A stretch of 64,000 nt of DNA. Origin: Escherichia coli (GTDB lineage Bacteria > Pseudomonadota > Gammaproteobacteria > Enterobacterales > Enterobacteriaceae). The position numbers and the translations under genes are program-made. The stretch lies in assembly GCF_044647545.1 (NCBI RefSeq), contig NZ_CP172818.1; one strand, 5' to 3'. Shown here piece after piece: positions 24,625 to 35,082 of this stretch (positions are counted from its first letter, which is position 1; every line of letters starts with the position of its first letter). The notes under the pieces were generated by a model that had not been told where the DNA came from, did no database searches, and saw only the letters and a list, made by a program, of their open reading frames with translations.

Positions 24625-26048
24625 AAAATTGCTGGAAGATTCTCGAAATAGAGGAAACGACTGACGTCGATATTATCCGCCGCGCTTATCTGGCGCTGTT
24701 ACCGTCCTTTCATCCAGAAACCGATCCGCAGGGTTTTAAACAACTTCGTCAGGCGTATGAGGACGCGCTACGGATTGCGCAGTCGCCTGCTAAATCTGTT
24801 TGGCAACCAGAAGAACATGAAGTTGCAGAACATGAAATTCTGCTCGCCTTTCGTGCGTTACTCGCCTCTGATAGCGAACGTTTTCTGCCCTCTGCCTGGC
24901 AGCGATTCATTCAGCAATTAAATTATTGCTCGATGGAAGATATTGATGAATTACGCTGGTCGCTGTGCACAATAGCCATGAACACTGCCCATTTATCCTT
25001 CGAGTGCGTGGTGTTATTAGCAGAAAGATTGCGGTGGTTGCAGGAGGAAAACGTCGGGGAAATAGACGAAGAAGAACTGGAATCCTTTTTATATGCCATT
25101 GCGAAGGGGAATGTTTTTAACTTCCAGACCATTCTGCATCTGCCCGTTGCCGTACAAAATGACACCATTGATTTTTACCAAATGTTCGCTCGGATTTGGT
25201 CATCGCATCCAGAATGGCTGACATTGTATTTAGCGCAACATCGCGCAGTGATTATCCCCGATGATGCAAATTTGCACAGAAATTTACTCCGCTGGTATAG
25301 CACAAGCCGTCTGGATATCCCCGAACTTCTGGATTACGCCCGGTCGTGGCGGGAAGCTGAACCTGATAATGAAGATGCGCGTTATTATGAATACGCGCAA
25401 CGCGTCTATTGTGGAGAAGGCGAAAGCCTGCTGGCAGAACTTTGTGACTACTGGCGCGAGTATCCCTCCACCCAGGCGGATGCTTTAATGTTGCAATGGT
25501 GCCGTCAGCATCGGGTCGATTATTACCCGTTAGTGGTGATGATGATTGAAGCGCGTGATCTGGTTAACGATCAGGGAAAACCGCTACTTTATGTCCCTGG
25601 TGACAGCGCTCGTACGCGTTTTCATTTATACGAAATACTCAGTGATGAAAAACTCTCTGCGCTGGGGCGTTCTCTGGTCGAGATGGTTTTGCACAAAGGA
25701 CGTAAGCCGCGGATCTCACTCACGCGTGATACAGAACATACCTTATGGTCATTATATCTAGTTGCCAAACAATTAGTGCAGGCCAGCCAACCGACAGAAG
25801 AATCATTAATGCCGATTGTGAGCCGCCTTGATGCAGAAGATCGTTGTCCTCTGGAAGCATTAATTATTCGACGGTTATTAATTCAGGCGGCGAATTTTAC
25901 CGAGAAGCAAACCGTCGAACCGGAGCCGCAACCGCAGTCGATGCCCGTTGACGATGGTGGGCCGGGCTGTCTGGGCGTCATCAAAATTATTTTCTACATT
26001 TTTATCTTTGCCGGTTTAATAGGGAAAATACTCCATCTGTTCGGGTGA
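24621..26048 (+). CDS. djlB: J-domain co-chaperone DjlB (YbeS), 475 aa, with C-terminal hydrophobic anchor
   Basis: N-terminal J-like domain ([33 protein letters not shown]), C-terminal hydrophobic segment ([21 protein letters not shown]); start overlaps ybeR stop as ATGA. Confidence 0.85.
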   Translation: MKNCWKILEIEETTDVDIIRRAYLALLPSFHPETDPQGFKQLRQAYEDALRIAQSPAKSVWQPEEHEVAEHEILLAFRALLASDSERFLPSAWQRFIQQLNYCSMEDIDELRWSLCTIAMNTAHLSFECVVLLAERLRWLQEENVGEIDEEELESFLYAIAKGNVFNFQTILHLPVAVQNDTIDFYQMFARIWSSHPEWLTLYLAQHRAVIIPDDANLHRNLLRWYSTSRLDIPELLDYARSWREAEPDNEDARYYEYAQRVYCGEGESLLAELCDYWREYPSTQADALMLQWCRQHRVDYYPLVVMMIEARDLVNDQGKPLLYVPGDSARTRFHLYEILSDEKLSALGRSLVEMVLHKGRKPRISLTRDTEHTLWSLYLVAKQLVQASQPTEESLMPIVSRLDAEDRCPLEALIIRRLLIQAANFTEKQTVEPEPQPQSMPVDDGGPGCLGVIKIIFYIFIFAGLIGKILHLFG

Positions 26049-26057
26049 CAGTCGACG

Positions 26058-26612
26058 TTAATGTGCGGGAAGCCCGGCAAGTAATCTTTCCGCGTTTTTG
26101 TAATGTTGTTTGGCGGCCAGTTTTAACCATTTTTGAGATTCATAATGGTTAACATTAATACCTGAGCCATTTCTGTAGATCAAACCCAAAGTATATTGAG
26201 CATGAGCATACCCTTGTTCAGCTGCTTCCTTATACCAGAGAATTGCTTTACGGGTATCGGGTTTGACCCCCAGACCTTTGAGGTAGATCCACCCCAGTTT
26301 ACTTTGCGCGCGTGGATTTTCCTGTTCCGCTGATTGCTCATACCAGTATCTCGCCTGTGTATAATCCAGTGGTTTACCGTCGCTACCATGAAGATAAAAT
26401 TCTCCAAGGCGATATTGCGACGTTGAGTGACCATGAATCGCGGAAAGCTCCGTGGCTGCCGTGGTGAATGGAAGACTGCCCGGTGAGCTTAAATAATCAA
26501 AGGCATAATTCGCCATGGCTTTATCACGCAACGTCGTTTTCTTGGGTTGGCTAATACAGGTTATTGCTGCAACTATAAATATTGCGAATGTATACATTAA
26601 TTTTTTATTCAT
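26058..26612 (-). CDS. ybeT: Sel1-repeat protein YbeT, 184 aa, with N-terminal signal-peptide-like segment
   Basis: Hydrophobic N-terminus ([21 protein letters not shown]) followed by about three Sel1 repeats. Confidence 0.85.
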   Translation of the reverse strand: MNKKLMYTFAIFIVAAITCISQPKKTTLRDKAMANYAFDYLSSPGSLPFTTAATELSAIHGHSTSQYRLGEFYLHGSDGKPLDYTQARYWYEQSAEQENPRAQSKLGWIYLKGLGVKPDTRKAILWYKEAAEQGYAHAQYTLGLIYRNGSGINVNHYESQKWLKLAAKQHYKNAERLLAGLPAH

Positions 26613-26713
26613 GTGTGAATGCTTCGATTTTCTTTTTATTTTGAAAGCGTCAAGTTTATACTCATCAATAATAAAAAAGTAGTCAGTTAATGCACTTAAG
26701 GGATTATTAACAA

Positions 26714-27421
26714 ATGAATAAGGAAGAACAATATCTTCTTTTTGCGCTTTCTACGCCCATGGAAATACTTAATCAGGGTTGCAAGCCCGCGCATGACTCG
26801 CCAAAAATGTATACCGGGATAAAAGAATTCGATCTCTCATCATCCTGGGGAATAAATAATCGTGATGATTTAATTCAGACTATTTATCAGATGACCGATG
26901 ATGGTCATGCCAATGATTTAGCTGGCTTATATCTGACATGGCATCGCTCTTCCCCTGAAGAGTGGAAAGCATTAAATGCTGGTGGCTCGGAGAGAGGGTT
27001 GATTTATACCCAATTCGTTGCCCAAACCGCTATGTGTTGTGGGGAAGGGGGAATCAAAGCCTGGGATTATGTGCGGATGGGTTTTTTATCACGGGTTGGT
27101 GTGCTCAACAAGTGGCTGACGGAAGACGAGAGTTTATGGCTGCAATCGCGCGTCTATATACGAGCACACCATTACTATCACAGCTGGATGCACTATTTTT
27201 CCGCCTATTCGTTAGGGCGTCTCTACTGGCAATCTTCTCAGTGCGAAGACAACGCTTCGCTACGCGAGGCGCTAACCCTGTACAAATACGATAGCGCCGG
27301 GAGTCGGATGTTCGAAGAGCTGGCAGCGGGAAGCGACCGTTTCTATGCCACGCTTCCCTGGCAGCCATTAACTGTCCAGCCTGAATGCCCGGTAACGCTT
27401 AAGGATGTGAGCGACCTATGA
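26714..27421 (+). CDS. ybeU: YbeU, 235 aa, DUF1266-like protein; paralogue of YbeR
   Basis: Collinear similarity to YbeR over the full length. Confidence 0.85.
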   Translation: MNKEEQYLLFALSTPMEILNQGCKPAHDSPKMYTGIKEFDLSSSWGINNRDDLIQTIYQMTDDGHANDLAGLYLTWHRSSPEEWKALNAGGSERGLIYTQFVAQTAMCCGEGGIKAWDYVRMGFLSRVGVLNKWLTEDESLWLQSRVYIRAHHYYHSWMHYFSAYSLGRLYWQSSQCEDNASLREALTLYKYDSAGSRMFEELAAGSDRFYATLPWQPLTVQPECPVTLKDVSDL

Positions 27422-28869
27422 AAACATGTTGGCAAATCCTCGAAATTGAAAGCACGACGCAAATAGACATTATCCGCCAGGCTTATCTTGTTCGCTTACC
27501 GTTGTGTCATCCCGAAACCGATCCGCAGGGGTTTAAAGCATTACGCCAGGCCTATGAAGAGGCGCTGCGACTGGCGGTAAATCCTGTCGAGGAGGCAGAT
27601 GATGAAGAAAAAGATGCCGCCGCTGAACATGAAATACTACGTGCATTCAGGGCATTACTGGATTCTGAAAGTGATCGTTTTCAGCCCTCCGCCTGGCAGA
27701 AATTTATTCAGCAATTAAATACCTGGAACATGGAGGATGTCGATCAATTACGCTGGCCGCTGTGTGCAGTCGCTATAGAAGCGCGATATCTTTCATTAAA
27801 TTGTGCTTCTTTGCTGGCAGAGCGTTTGAACTGGCATTCGTTTAATGACAGCGAAGGAATGGATGAGGAAGAAAGGGAGGCTTTTCTTGAGGCCATTCAG
27901 GCTGGTGATTGTTTCGATTTCCTTAGCCTTCTGGAATATCCCGTCGCGTTGCAGAACCAGACTGTTGAGTATTACTTCGCGCTGGAACGCTGCTGCCGTT
28001 ACCATCCTGACTATGTCACTGCGTTTATGGCAATGGAAGGTCCGTGGTTCATTCCTGATGATGTCAAGTTACATCGCAAACTGTTGCGCTGGTACAGCTC
28101 GGTGAAAACAGGTATGGCGGAACTTATTCCTGTTGCCCAACAGTGGCAAGCAGAAAATCCAGAAAGCGAAGATGCCCGTTATTACCAGTGTGCGCAACGG
28201 TTGTACTGTGGCGAGGGGGAAAGCCTGCTTGCCGATCTCTGCGCATACCGGGAGAGTTACCCATCTACACAAGCTGATAATTTGTTGTTGCAGTGGAGCA
28301 AGCGTCATTGCCCGGATTATTTCGCGTTATTAGTGATGGTTATCGAAGCGCGAAGCATGATAGATGCGCAAGGTCAACCGTTGAAATATGTTCCTGGTGA
28401 GAGCGCCCGGACGCGGCTGTTATGGGCGGAAATTTTACATAGCGGAAAATTATCGCCGTTAGGTCAATCGTTTATTGAGTCGTTATTCTTCAAGCGCAAA
28501 GCATGGGCATGGTGGAAATCGAGAGTCGGTAGCGAGACAGAACAAGATTCACCGTTACTGGATTTGTATCGGGTAGCGGAACAGGTTGTGCTGGAAGCGT
28601 TCCCGAAACAAGAGATGCTGGCCCGTCTTAATACAAGGCTGGAAGGTGGAGATGCTCATCCATTAGAGGCCATTATCACGCGGATGCTGTTGACGAAAGT
28701 GAAACTCGAGCCGGAGGATGAAGATGTCGATGAGCCAACACCTGAAAACCACGAAGAAAAAAATGATGAGGATGAAAAACCACAGAGCATTACCAGCATT
28801 ATCAAAATCAGCTTAACGGTGCTGGTGATAGGTTATGCTCTCGGAAAAATCGCGATGTTGTTTAGCTGA
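27418..28869 (+). CDS. djlC: J-domain co-chaperone DjlC (YbeV), 483 aa, with acidic tail and C-terminal hydrophobic anchor
   Basis: J-like domain ([13 protein letters not shown]), acidic stretch ([24 protein letters not shown]), terminal hydrophobic helix; start overlaps ybeU stop as ATGA. Confidence 0.85.
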   Translation: MKTCWQILEIESTTQIDIIRQAYLVRLPLCHPETDPQGFKALRQAYEEALRLAVNPVEEADDEEKDAAAEHEILRAFRALLDSESDRFQPSAWQKFIQQLNTWNMEDVDQLRWPLCAVAIEARYLSLNCASLLAERLNWHSFNDSEGMDEEEREAFLEAIQAGDCFDFLSLLEYPVALQNQTVEYYFALERCCRYHPDYVTAFMAMEGPWFIPDDVKLHRKLLRWYSSVKTGMAELIPVAQQWQAENPESEDARYYQCAQRLYCGEGESLLADLCAYRESYPSTQADNLLLQWSKRHCPDYFALLVMVIEARSMIDAQGQPLKYVPGESARTRLLWAEILHSGKLSPLGQSFIESLFFKRKAWAWWKSRVGSETEQDSPLLDLYRVAEQVVLEAFPKQEMLARLNTRLEGGDAHPLEAIITRMLLTKVKLEPEDEDVDEPTPENHEEKNDEDEKPQSITSIIKISLTVLVIGYALGKIAMLFS

Positions 28870-28928
28870 GGATGTGTTTTTTGCGCCGATGCCGGATGCA
28901 GCGTTTATGCCGCATCCGGCAGCCGTGT
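28870..28928. repeat. REP (repetitive extragenic palindrome) element between convergent djlC and hscC
   Basis: gccgatgccggatgcagcgtttatgccgcatccggcagcc palindrome typical of E. coli REP units. Confidence 0.6.
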
Positions 28929-30599
28929 TTAAGGGATCTCAATAGCCAAATAATCGCTCGCCCGTCGCCGAACTTCATCGACGCGGGCCATATCGTTTGA
29001 CTGCAACGCCGCATCAAAATCGGTGATCACCCGGCCGATCTCTTCTCGCTCGTCACCCAGCGCCCGCGCCCACAACTCTTCCAGTTTGGCCTTAAAGGTG
29101 CGGTTGATGAGCATATCGCGCGGATAAATTTTCAATGCGGATAACCGCGTCCGACTCTCTTCAATCTGCTGTGCGCTCAATGTTACAGGACTGTGATTAA
29201 TGACTCTGGACTTAACGCTGCCGTCTTCCAGAAGCACGTCAACTTCAAGCAACCCGTTGATATCATAACTAAAGCGAATATCAATCGACTGATAAGCCCC
29301 GGTTTTCTTCAACGGCACATCGAAGGATTCCACCAGAATGTTATTTTTAACTTTGTGGTTTTCTCCCTGATAGACGTTAACCGTAATTGAATCCTGTTCC
29401 CGGTGCATGGTCGAGTAAGTTTCTACACGCGACACCGGTACAGTGGTGTTTCGTTCAATAATCGGCGAGAAAATGCCGGAAACGCCCTGGCGGTTAACTT
29501 CAACACCCAACGAGTAAGGGCAAATATCAGTGAGGATCACCTCTTCAATATCTTCACTGCGTAAGCGGCAGGCGGCCTGGATTGCTGCGCCCAGCGCGAC
29601 AATGGTGCTCGGATCGTAACTTTGATACGGTAATTTGCCAAACAGACGCACGGCGATTCGCTGCACCAGCGGCATTTGTGATGCGCCGCCAACCAGCACC
29701 AGACTGTCGATTTGACTTGGCTTCAGACGTGCATCGCGCAACGCCTGTTCAATCGGTACTCGCAAGCGATTGAGCAGCGGCAACCACAAATCTTCCAGTT
29801 CGTTCTCGTAAAATTCGCACTCACGCGTTTCTTCCTGACACTGCCAGCTAATTTGCAGCGGTAATTGATTGCTGCATTTTGCCGCTTCCACGCTGGTGTA
29901 CAGGGCTGCCAGCTCACTTTCGTTGAGCATGTTTTTAGCCACTGCGGCGCGTTTTAAAACTTCATCCACCAGCATATGAGTAAAATCTTCGCCGCCAAGA
30001 AAGTTGTCGCCAGCGGAGGCGTGAACTTCAATCACCGGCGTGGCGTATTCGAGCACCGTGACGTCAAACGTGCCGCCACCGAGATCAAAAACCAGCGAGC
30101 GGGTATTTTGTTGCGTATGCAGGCCATATGCCATCGCAGCTGCTGTGGGTTCATTAATTAAGCGTACCGCATTTAACCCGGCTAACTCCGCTGCTAAACG
30201 GGTATGCTTGCGTTGTTCATCGCTGAAATAAGCCGGAACGGAGATCACCACATCTTTAATCGGACGTTGCAGAAATTCTTCGGCATCTTCTTTTAATGAG
30301 CGTAATACCAAAGAGGACAGTTCTGGCGCGTTAAATGTGTCGCTGCCTAACCGCCAGTTGGTATTACTGCCCATTGCACGTTTAAATAACGCTGCCGTTT
30401 TATCCGGATGCGAAGTACGCCGTGATACAGCCGGTTTTCCGACTAAAATATGATTATTTTCATCCATGCTAATTATGGATGGTGTTAAATATTCACCGAA
30501 CTTATTTGGAATTAATTGCGCGGCACCGTCTTTCCAGACGGCAATTAAACTATTGGTAGTACCGAGATCGATACCAATGGCGAGTTCTGCATTATCCAT
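28929..30599 (-). CDS. hscC: Hsp70-family chaperone HscC (Hsc62), 556 aa
   Basis: Hsp70 ATPase signatures (IGIDLGTTNS, DLGGGTFD, VLVGGASQMP) and substrate-binding domain. Confidence 0.9.
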   Translation of the reverse strand: MDNAELAIGIDLGTTNSLIAVWKDGAAQLIPNKFGEYLTPSIISMDENNHILVGKPAVSRRTSHPDKTAALFKRAMGSNTNWRLGSDTFNAPELSSLVLRSLKEDAEEFLQRPIKDVVISVPAYFSDEQRKHTRLAAELAGLNAVRLINEPTAAAMAYGLHTQQNTRSLVFDLGGGTFDVTVLEYATPVIEVHASAGDNFLGGEDFTHMLVDEVLKRAAVAKNMLNESELAALYTSVEAAKCSNQLPLQISWQCQEETRECEFYENELEDLWLPLLNRLRVPIEQALRDARLKPSQIDSLVLVGGASQMPLVQRIAVRLFGKLPYQSYDPSTIVALGAAIQAACRLRSEDIEEVILTDICPYSLGVEVNRQGVSGIFSPIIERNTTVPVSRVETYSTMHREQDSITVNVYQGENHKVKNNILVESFDVPLKKTGAYQSIDIRFSYDINGLLEVDVLLEDGSVKSRVINHSPVTLSAQQIEESRTRLSALKIYPRDMLINRTFKAKLEELWARALGDEREEIGRVITDFDAALQSNDMARVDEVRRRASDYLAIEIP

Positions 30600-30682
30600 T
30601 GCATTTATATCTTGAAAGAAAAAGAGATAAACAGATTAAGACCACCCAGGTAACGCGTGGTGATCTTAATCAATGACGTGTG

Positions 30683-31618
30683 TTAAGCGTAAAATTTCAG
30701 ACGATCGGCCAGTAAATCAACAAAGCCCTGACGATCAACATCGACCATTACAGTGGCATTCGGTTTATTGCCAGTCAGATAATAATAATCAACAACCGTC
30801 ATACCCTGGGTATATTTCCCTTGTGTTTCCACGCCAACCCAGCGCTCAACAGTGGTAAACAACTCCGGTTTTAACAGCCAGGCGATGGTGCATGGGTCAT
30901 GCAGCGGTGCGCCGACAAAGCCCCATTTTTCGTCTTTATGATATTCGAGGAAGAAATCCAGCAGTTCGGCAACAATGGTTGAAACAGGGTTGCCAATCGC
31001 GCGGAAACGCTCAGTGTCTTCAACGTGGATTTGTGCTTTGTGAGTAACATCCAGACCGGCCATCACCACCGGAATTCCTGACTGGAAGACAATTTCTGCC
31101 GCTTCCGGGTCAACGTAAATATTAAATTCAGCCGCAGGCGTCCAGTTACCAAGCCCCATTGCGCCGCCCATAATCACGATACGGGCAATTTTGCTATGCA
31201 GTTCCGGGTGGCTATTGAGCAGCAAGGCAACGTTCGTTTGCGGTCCGGTAGAAACAATGGTGACAGGTTCCGCACTTTCACGCAGCGTTTTCGCCATCAG
31301 CTCCACCGCCGTACAGTTTTGCGGTGCGAACGTCGGTTCCGGTAATGCAGGGCCGTCGAGACCGCTTTCGCCGTGCACATTGTCCGCGATAATCAAATCA
31401 CGCATTAATGGTTTTACCGCACCGCTTGCTACCGGAATATCGGTGCGATTAAGCAAGGTCAGCATACGCAGAACATTGCGTAAGGTTTTTTCTGGTGTCT
31501 GGTTTCCGGCGGAAGACGTAATTGCTTTGACATCAAGCTCTGGTGAGGCGAGGGCGAGAACGATTGCGATAGCGTCATCATGACCAGGGTCGCAATCTAA
31601 CAGAATTGGCAGTGCCAT
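30683..31618 (-). CDS. rihA: Pyrimidine-specific ribonucleoside hydrolase RihA, 311 aa
   Basis: Nucleoside hydrolase N-terminal DxDxxxDD motif (DCDPGHDDA); start set at [15 protein letters not shown]. Confidence 0.9.
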   Translation of the reverse strand: MALPILLDCDPGHDDAIAIVLALASPELDVKAITSSAGNQTPEKTLRNVLRMLTLLNRTDIPVASGAVKPLMRDLIIADNVHGESGLDGPALPEPTFAPQNCTAVELMAKTLRESAEPVTIVSTGPQTNVALLLNSHPELHSKIARIVIMGGAMGLGNWTPAAEFNIYVDPEAAEIVFQSGIPVVMAGLDVTHKAQIHVEDTERFRAIGNPVSTIVAELLDFFLEYHKDEKWGFVGAPLHDPCTIAWLLKPELFTTVERWVGVETQGKYTQGMTVVDYYYLTGNKPNATVMVDVDRQGFVDLLADRLKFYA

Positions 31619-31735
31619 TGTTGCTCCTTGTTGTGTGCTTCTTTGCGACAAGGGTACCGCCAGGATGTAACAGATACGAGGAGCGAAACGATAAAGCGTG
31701 AGATGGCGCGCACTTGGGTATGCGCGCCAGAGTGA

Positions 31736-32461
31736 TTAATGCAGGATTTTTGCGAGGAAGTCTTTTGCGCGGTCCGATTTCGGATCATCGAAGAAAGCGT
31801 CTTTCGGCGAGTCTTCGACAATTTTACCCTCGTCCATAAAGATCACCCGATTCGCCACTTTACGGGCAAAGCCCATTTCGTGGGTCACCACCATCATGGT
31901 CATTCCTTCGTTCGCCAGTTCCACCATCACGTCCAGCACTTCGTTGATCATCTCCGGATCCAGCGCCGATGTCGGTTCGTCGAACAGCATCGCGATAGGA
32001 TCCATGCACAATGCGCGAGCGATCGCCACACGCTGCTGCTGACCGCCGGAAAGCTGCGCCGGAAACTTATTGGCATGAGCGGAAAGCCCGACGCGCTCCA
32101 GCAATTTCAATGCTTTTTCACGAGCGGGGGCTTTATCGCGTTTAAGCACTTTCACCTGCGCCAGGGTCAGGTTTTCAATAATCGACAAATGGGGGAACAA
32201 CTCGAAATGCTGGAACACCATCCCGACGCGGGAACGCAGCTTTGCCAGATCGGTTTTCTTATCGTTAACCACGATACCATCGACGGTAATTTCACCTTGC
32301 TGCACCGGTTCGAGGCCGTTGACGGTTTTAATCAGCGTTGATTTGCCGGAACCAGACGGGCCGCAAACCACCACCACTTCGCCTTTTTTCACTTCGGTTG
32401 AGCAGTCGGTCAGCACCTGAAAGTGACCATACCATTTTGAAACATTTTTCAGGGTAATCAT
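31736..32461 (-). CDS. gltL: Glutamate/aspartate ABC transporter ATP-binding protein GltL, 241 aa
   Basis: Walker A (GPSGSGKST), ABC signature (LSGGQQQR), Walker B ([10 protein letters not shown]). Confidence 0.95.
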   Translation of the reverse strand: MITLKNVSKWYGHFQVLTDCSTEVKKGEVVVVCGPSGSGKSTLIKTVNGLEPVQQGEITVDGIVVNDKKTDLAKLRSRVGMVFQHFELFPHLSIIENLTLAQVKVLKRDKAPAREKALKLLERVGLSAHANKFPAQLSGGQQQRVAIARALCMDPIAMLFDEPTSALDPEMINEVLDVMVELANEGMTMMVVTHEMGFARKVANRVIFMDEGKIVEDSPKDAFFDDPKSDRAKDFLAKILH

Positions 32462-33135
32462 TATGCTGTCCTTCTTTTCAAGTAGCTGACCAACAACGAT
32501 GCGCTAAGGCTAATAACGAAATAAACAAATCCGGCAAACAGGATCATCTCGACCTGCGTACCATCACGCTCACCAATGGTTGAGGCGGTACGGAAGAAAT
32601 CGGCCAGAGATAACACATACACCAGTGAGGTATCCTGGAACAGTACGATGCCCTGAGTGAGCAGAAGCGGCACCATCGCGCGGAAAGCCTGCGGCAGAAT
32701 AATCAGTTTCATCGACTGCCAGTGAGTCATCCCCAACGCCAGCGCGGCGCTCGACTGACCACGGGAAATACTTTGAATACCGGCACGGATAATCTCTGAA
32801 TAGTAGGCCGCTTCAAACATCGAAAACGCCACCATCGCCGAGATTAAACGGATATCATTTTTTGGCGATAATCCCAGCACGTTTTGCAGAAAACCCGGCA
32901 CAATCAGGTAAAACCACAGCAAAACCATAACTAAAGGAATCGAGCGGAATACGTTAACGTAGGCTTTGGCAAACCACGCTACGGGCGCAAAGCTGGACAA
33001 GCGCATCACCGCCAGCATGGTGCCCCACAAAATACCAATCACGACTGCCGTGACGGTGATTTTCAGGGTGATCACCAGCCCATCCAGCAGATACGGCAGG
33101 GAAGGAACAATGGAACTCCAGTCAAACTCGTACAT
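32461..33135 (-). CDS. gltK: Glutamate/aspartate ABC transporter permease GltK, 224 aa
   Basis: Polytopic permease; start overlaps the gltJ stop and the stop overlaps the gltL start. Confidence 0.9.
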
Positions 33136-33875
33136 TATTTGCCCCCCATGTTGCCGGGCAGGCGAACTTTACGTTCAACCAGCGTCATCACCAGCATGAT
33201 AAAAGCGTTAATCAACACATACGCAAGCGTAATGGCGGTAAACGACTCCCAGGCGTGAGCGGAGTAATCGAGTAATTTACCCGCCTGCGCCGCCATATCT
33301 ACCAGACCGATAGTCGAGGCGATGGCGGAGTTTTTCACCAGGTTCATCATCTCGGAGGTCATCGGCGGGACGATAACGCGATAAGCGTTAGGCAACAGTA
33401 CGTAGCGGTAAGCCTGCGGTAGCGTCAGCCCCATCGCCAGCGCGGCATTCTTCTGCCCACGCGGCAGCGACTGAATAGCGGCGCGTACCTGTTCGCAAAC
33501 ACGGGCGGCGGTAAACAGCCCCAGGCAAAGCATGGATGAAAGGAAAAACTGAATATTGGGATCCAGCTCGGCCTTAAACCACATGCCGATTTTCTCCGGC
33601 AGCAGCTCCGGGATCACCAGATACCAGGTAAAGAATTGCACAATCAACGGCACGTTGCGGAACAGTTCGACATACAACGTACCCAGACCGGAGAGAAAAC
33701 GGTTTGGAACGGTACGTAAAATGCCGAAAAATGAACCGACGAGGAAAGCGATAATCCAGGCGCAGATCGACAAAGCGATCGTCACCTGAAAGCCACTCCA
33801 GATCCAACCAAGATAGGTGGTGTTGCCGAACGGGGCTTGTTGTAAAAAAATACCCCAGTTCCAGTCTATAGACAT
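33135..33875 (-). CDS. gltJ: Glutamate/aspartate ABC transporter permease GltJ, 246 aa
   Basis: Polytopic permease recognised as GltJ. Confidence 0.9.
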
Positions 33876-33879
33876 AAAT

Positions 33880-34043
33880 CTACTCCAGAAAAAAGAGGGT
33901 AGCAGCGTTAACTGCTACCCTCGAAGATTGTTACCCAGCGTATTGCGGTTTTCAGGCCCGATGGGGAACGACCACCAGGCGTATAGTCTGTCCGTGCTAC
34001 GTAACAATCGAGAGGGCTGGAATTTCCGCCCCTGGTTCTTGTA
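33880..34043 (-). ncRNA. sroC: Candidate sRNA SroC in the gltI-gltJ intergenic region
   Basis: Position matches the known SroC locus; on the minus strand a strong hairpin (gagggtagcag-ttaac-gctgctaccctc) plus a T-run ends just upstream of the gltJ RBS; SroC sequence itself not verified from memory. Confidence 0.5.
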
Positions 34044-34044
34044 A

Positions 34045-34953
34045 TTAGTTCAGTGCCTTGTCATTCGGTTCTTTGAACAGTGCTTTCATTTCGTCTGACA
34101 GTTCGAAATTCATGTTCAGGTTTTTCGGCGGAATTGGGTTTTTGAACCACTTATCAAACCATTTTTCCGCTTCACCGGAGGTCTGCACCTGAGCGATAGT
34201 GTCATCCATCAGCTTTTTGAACTGCGGATCGTCTTTACGCAACATGCAACCGTAGGCTTCCTGAGACTGCGGCTTGCCGACGATTTCCCAGTTGTCTGGT
34301 TTCTTCGCTTTCGCACGTTCACCGGCCAGCAGGGCATCATCCATCATAAAGGCAACGGCACGACCGCTTTCCAGGGTGCGGAAAGAGTCACCGTGATCTT
34401 TGGCGCTGATGATGCGCATGTTCATTTTTTGCTCTTCATTCAGTTTGTTGAGCAAAACTTCAGAGGTGGTGCCGGAAGTGACTACGACGGCTTTGTCTTT
34501 CAGATCGGCAAAATCTTTAATATCGCCGCCTTTTTTTGTCAGCAGGCGCGTACCGACCACGAAAATAGTGTCGGAGAAAGCCGCCTGTTTTTGGCGTTCG
34601 ACGTTGTTGGTGGTAGAACCGCATTCAAAATCGAAAGTGCCGTTTTGCAGCAGTGGAATACGGTTTTGTGAGGTGATCGGAATCAATTTCACCTGTAAGT
34701 CTGGTTTGTTGAGTTTCTTTTTCACTGCTTCAACAATGGCGTTGGAGTAATCCTGCGAGTAGCCCACCACTTTTTGCTGATTGTCGTAATAAGAGAAAGG
34801 TACTGAAGATTCACGGTGACCGACGACAATCACGCCGTTTTTGGCGATTTTGTCCAGCGTGCTGCCTGCTGCCGGGGCGGCGTCATCTGCCTGTGCCAGT
34901 CCTGCGGAAAGCGCCAGGGCCAGGATTGCTGTGGCAGGTTTACGTAATTGCAT
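34045..34953 (-). CDS. gltI: Glutamate/aspartate periplasmic binding protein GltI, about 302 aa
   Basis: Signal peptide plus solute-binding protein fold; start set at second ATG (MQLRKPATA). Confidence 0.9.
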   Translation of the reverse strand: MQLRKPATAILALALSAGLAQADDAAPAAGSTLDKIAKNGVIVVGHRESSVPFSYYDNQQKVVGYSQDYSNAIVEAVKKKLNKPDLQVKLIPITSQNRIPLLQNGTFDFECGSTTNNVERQKQAAFSDTIFVVGTRLLTKKGGDIKDFADLKDKAVVVTSGTTSEVLLNKLNEEQKMNMRIISAKDHGDSFRTLESGRAVAFMMDDALLAGERAKAKKPDNWEIVGKPQSQEAYGCMLRKDDPQFKKLMDDTIAQVQTSGEAEKWFDKWFKNPIPPKNLNMNFELSDEMKALFKEPNDKALN

Positions 34954-35050
34954 ATCCAACTCCTTTATCTTCTGCGTTAAAAACGCATGGATACCCGTTG
35001 TGAGTGTTTGTGTTGTTATCTCTGCGACTTTTTGTGCGGTTGTGTTTTGG

Positions 35051-35082
<32 letters not shown>

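Noticed and set aside
22776-30599. Interpreting the hscC island as a recognised anti-phage defence or toxin-antitoxin system
   Set aside because: No nuclease, toxin, ATPase-of-defence or other hallmark domain is evident; the components are chaperone, co-chaperone and repeat-scaffold proteins. A defence role is speculation only and is not asserted.
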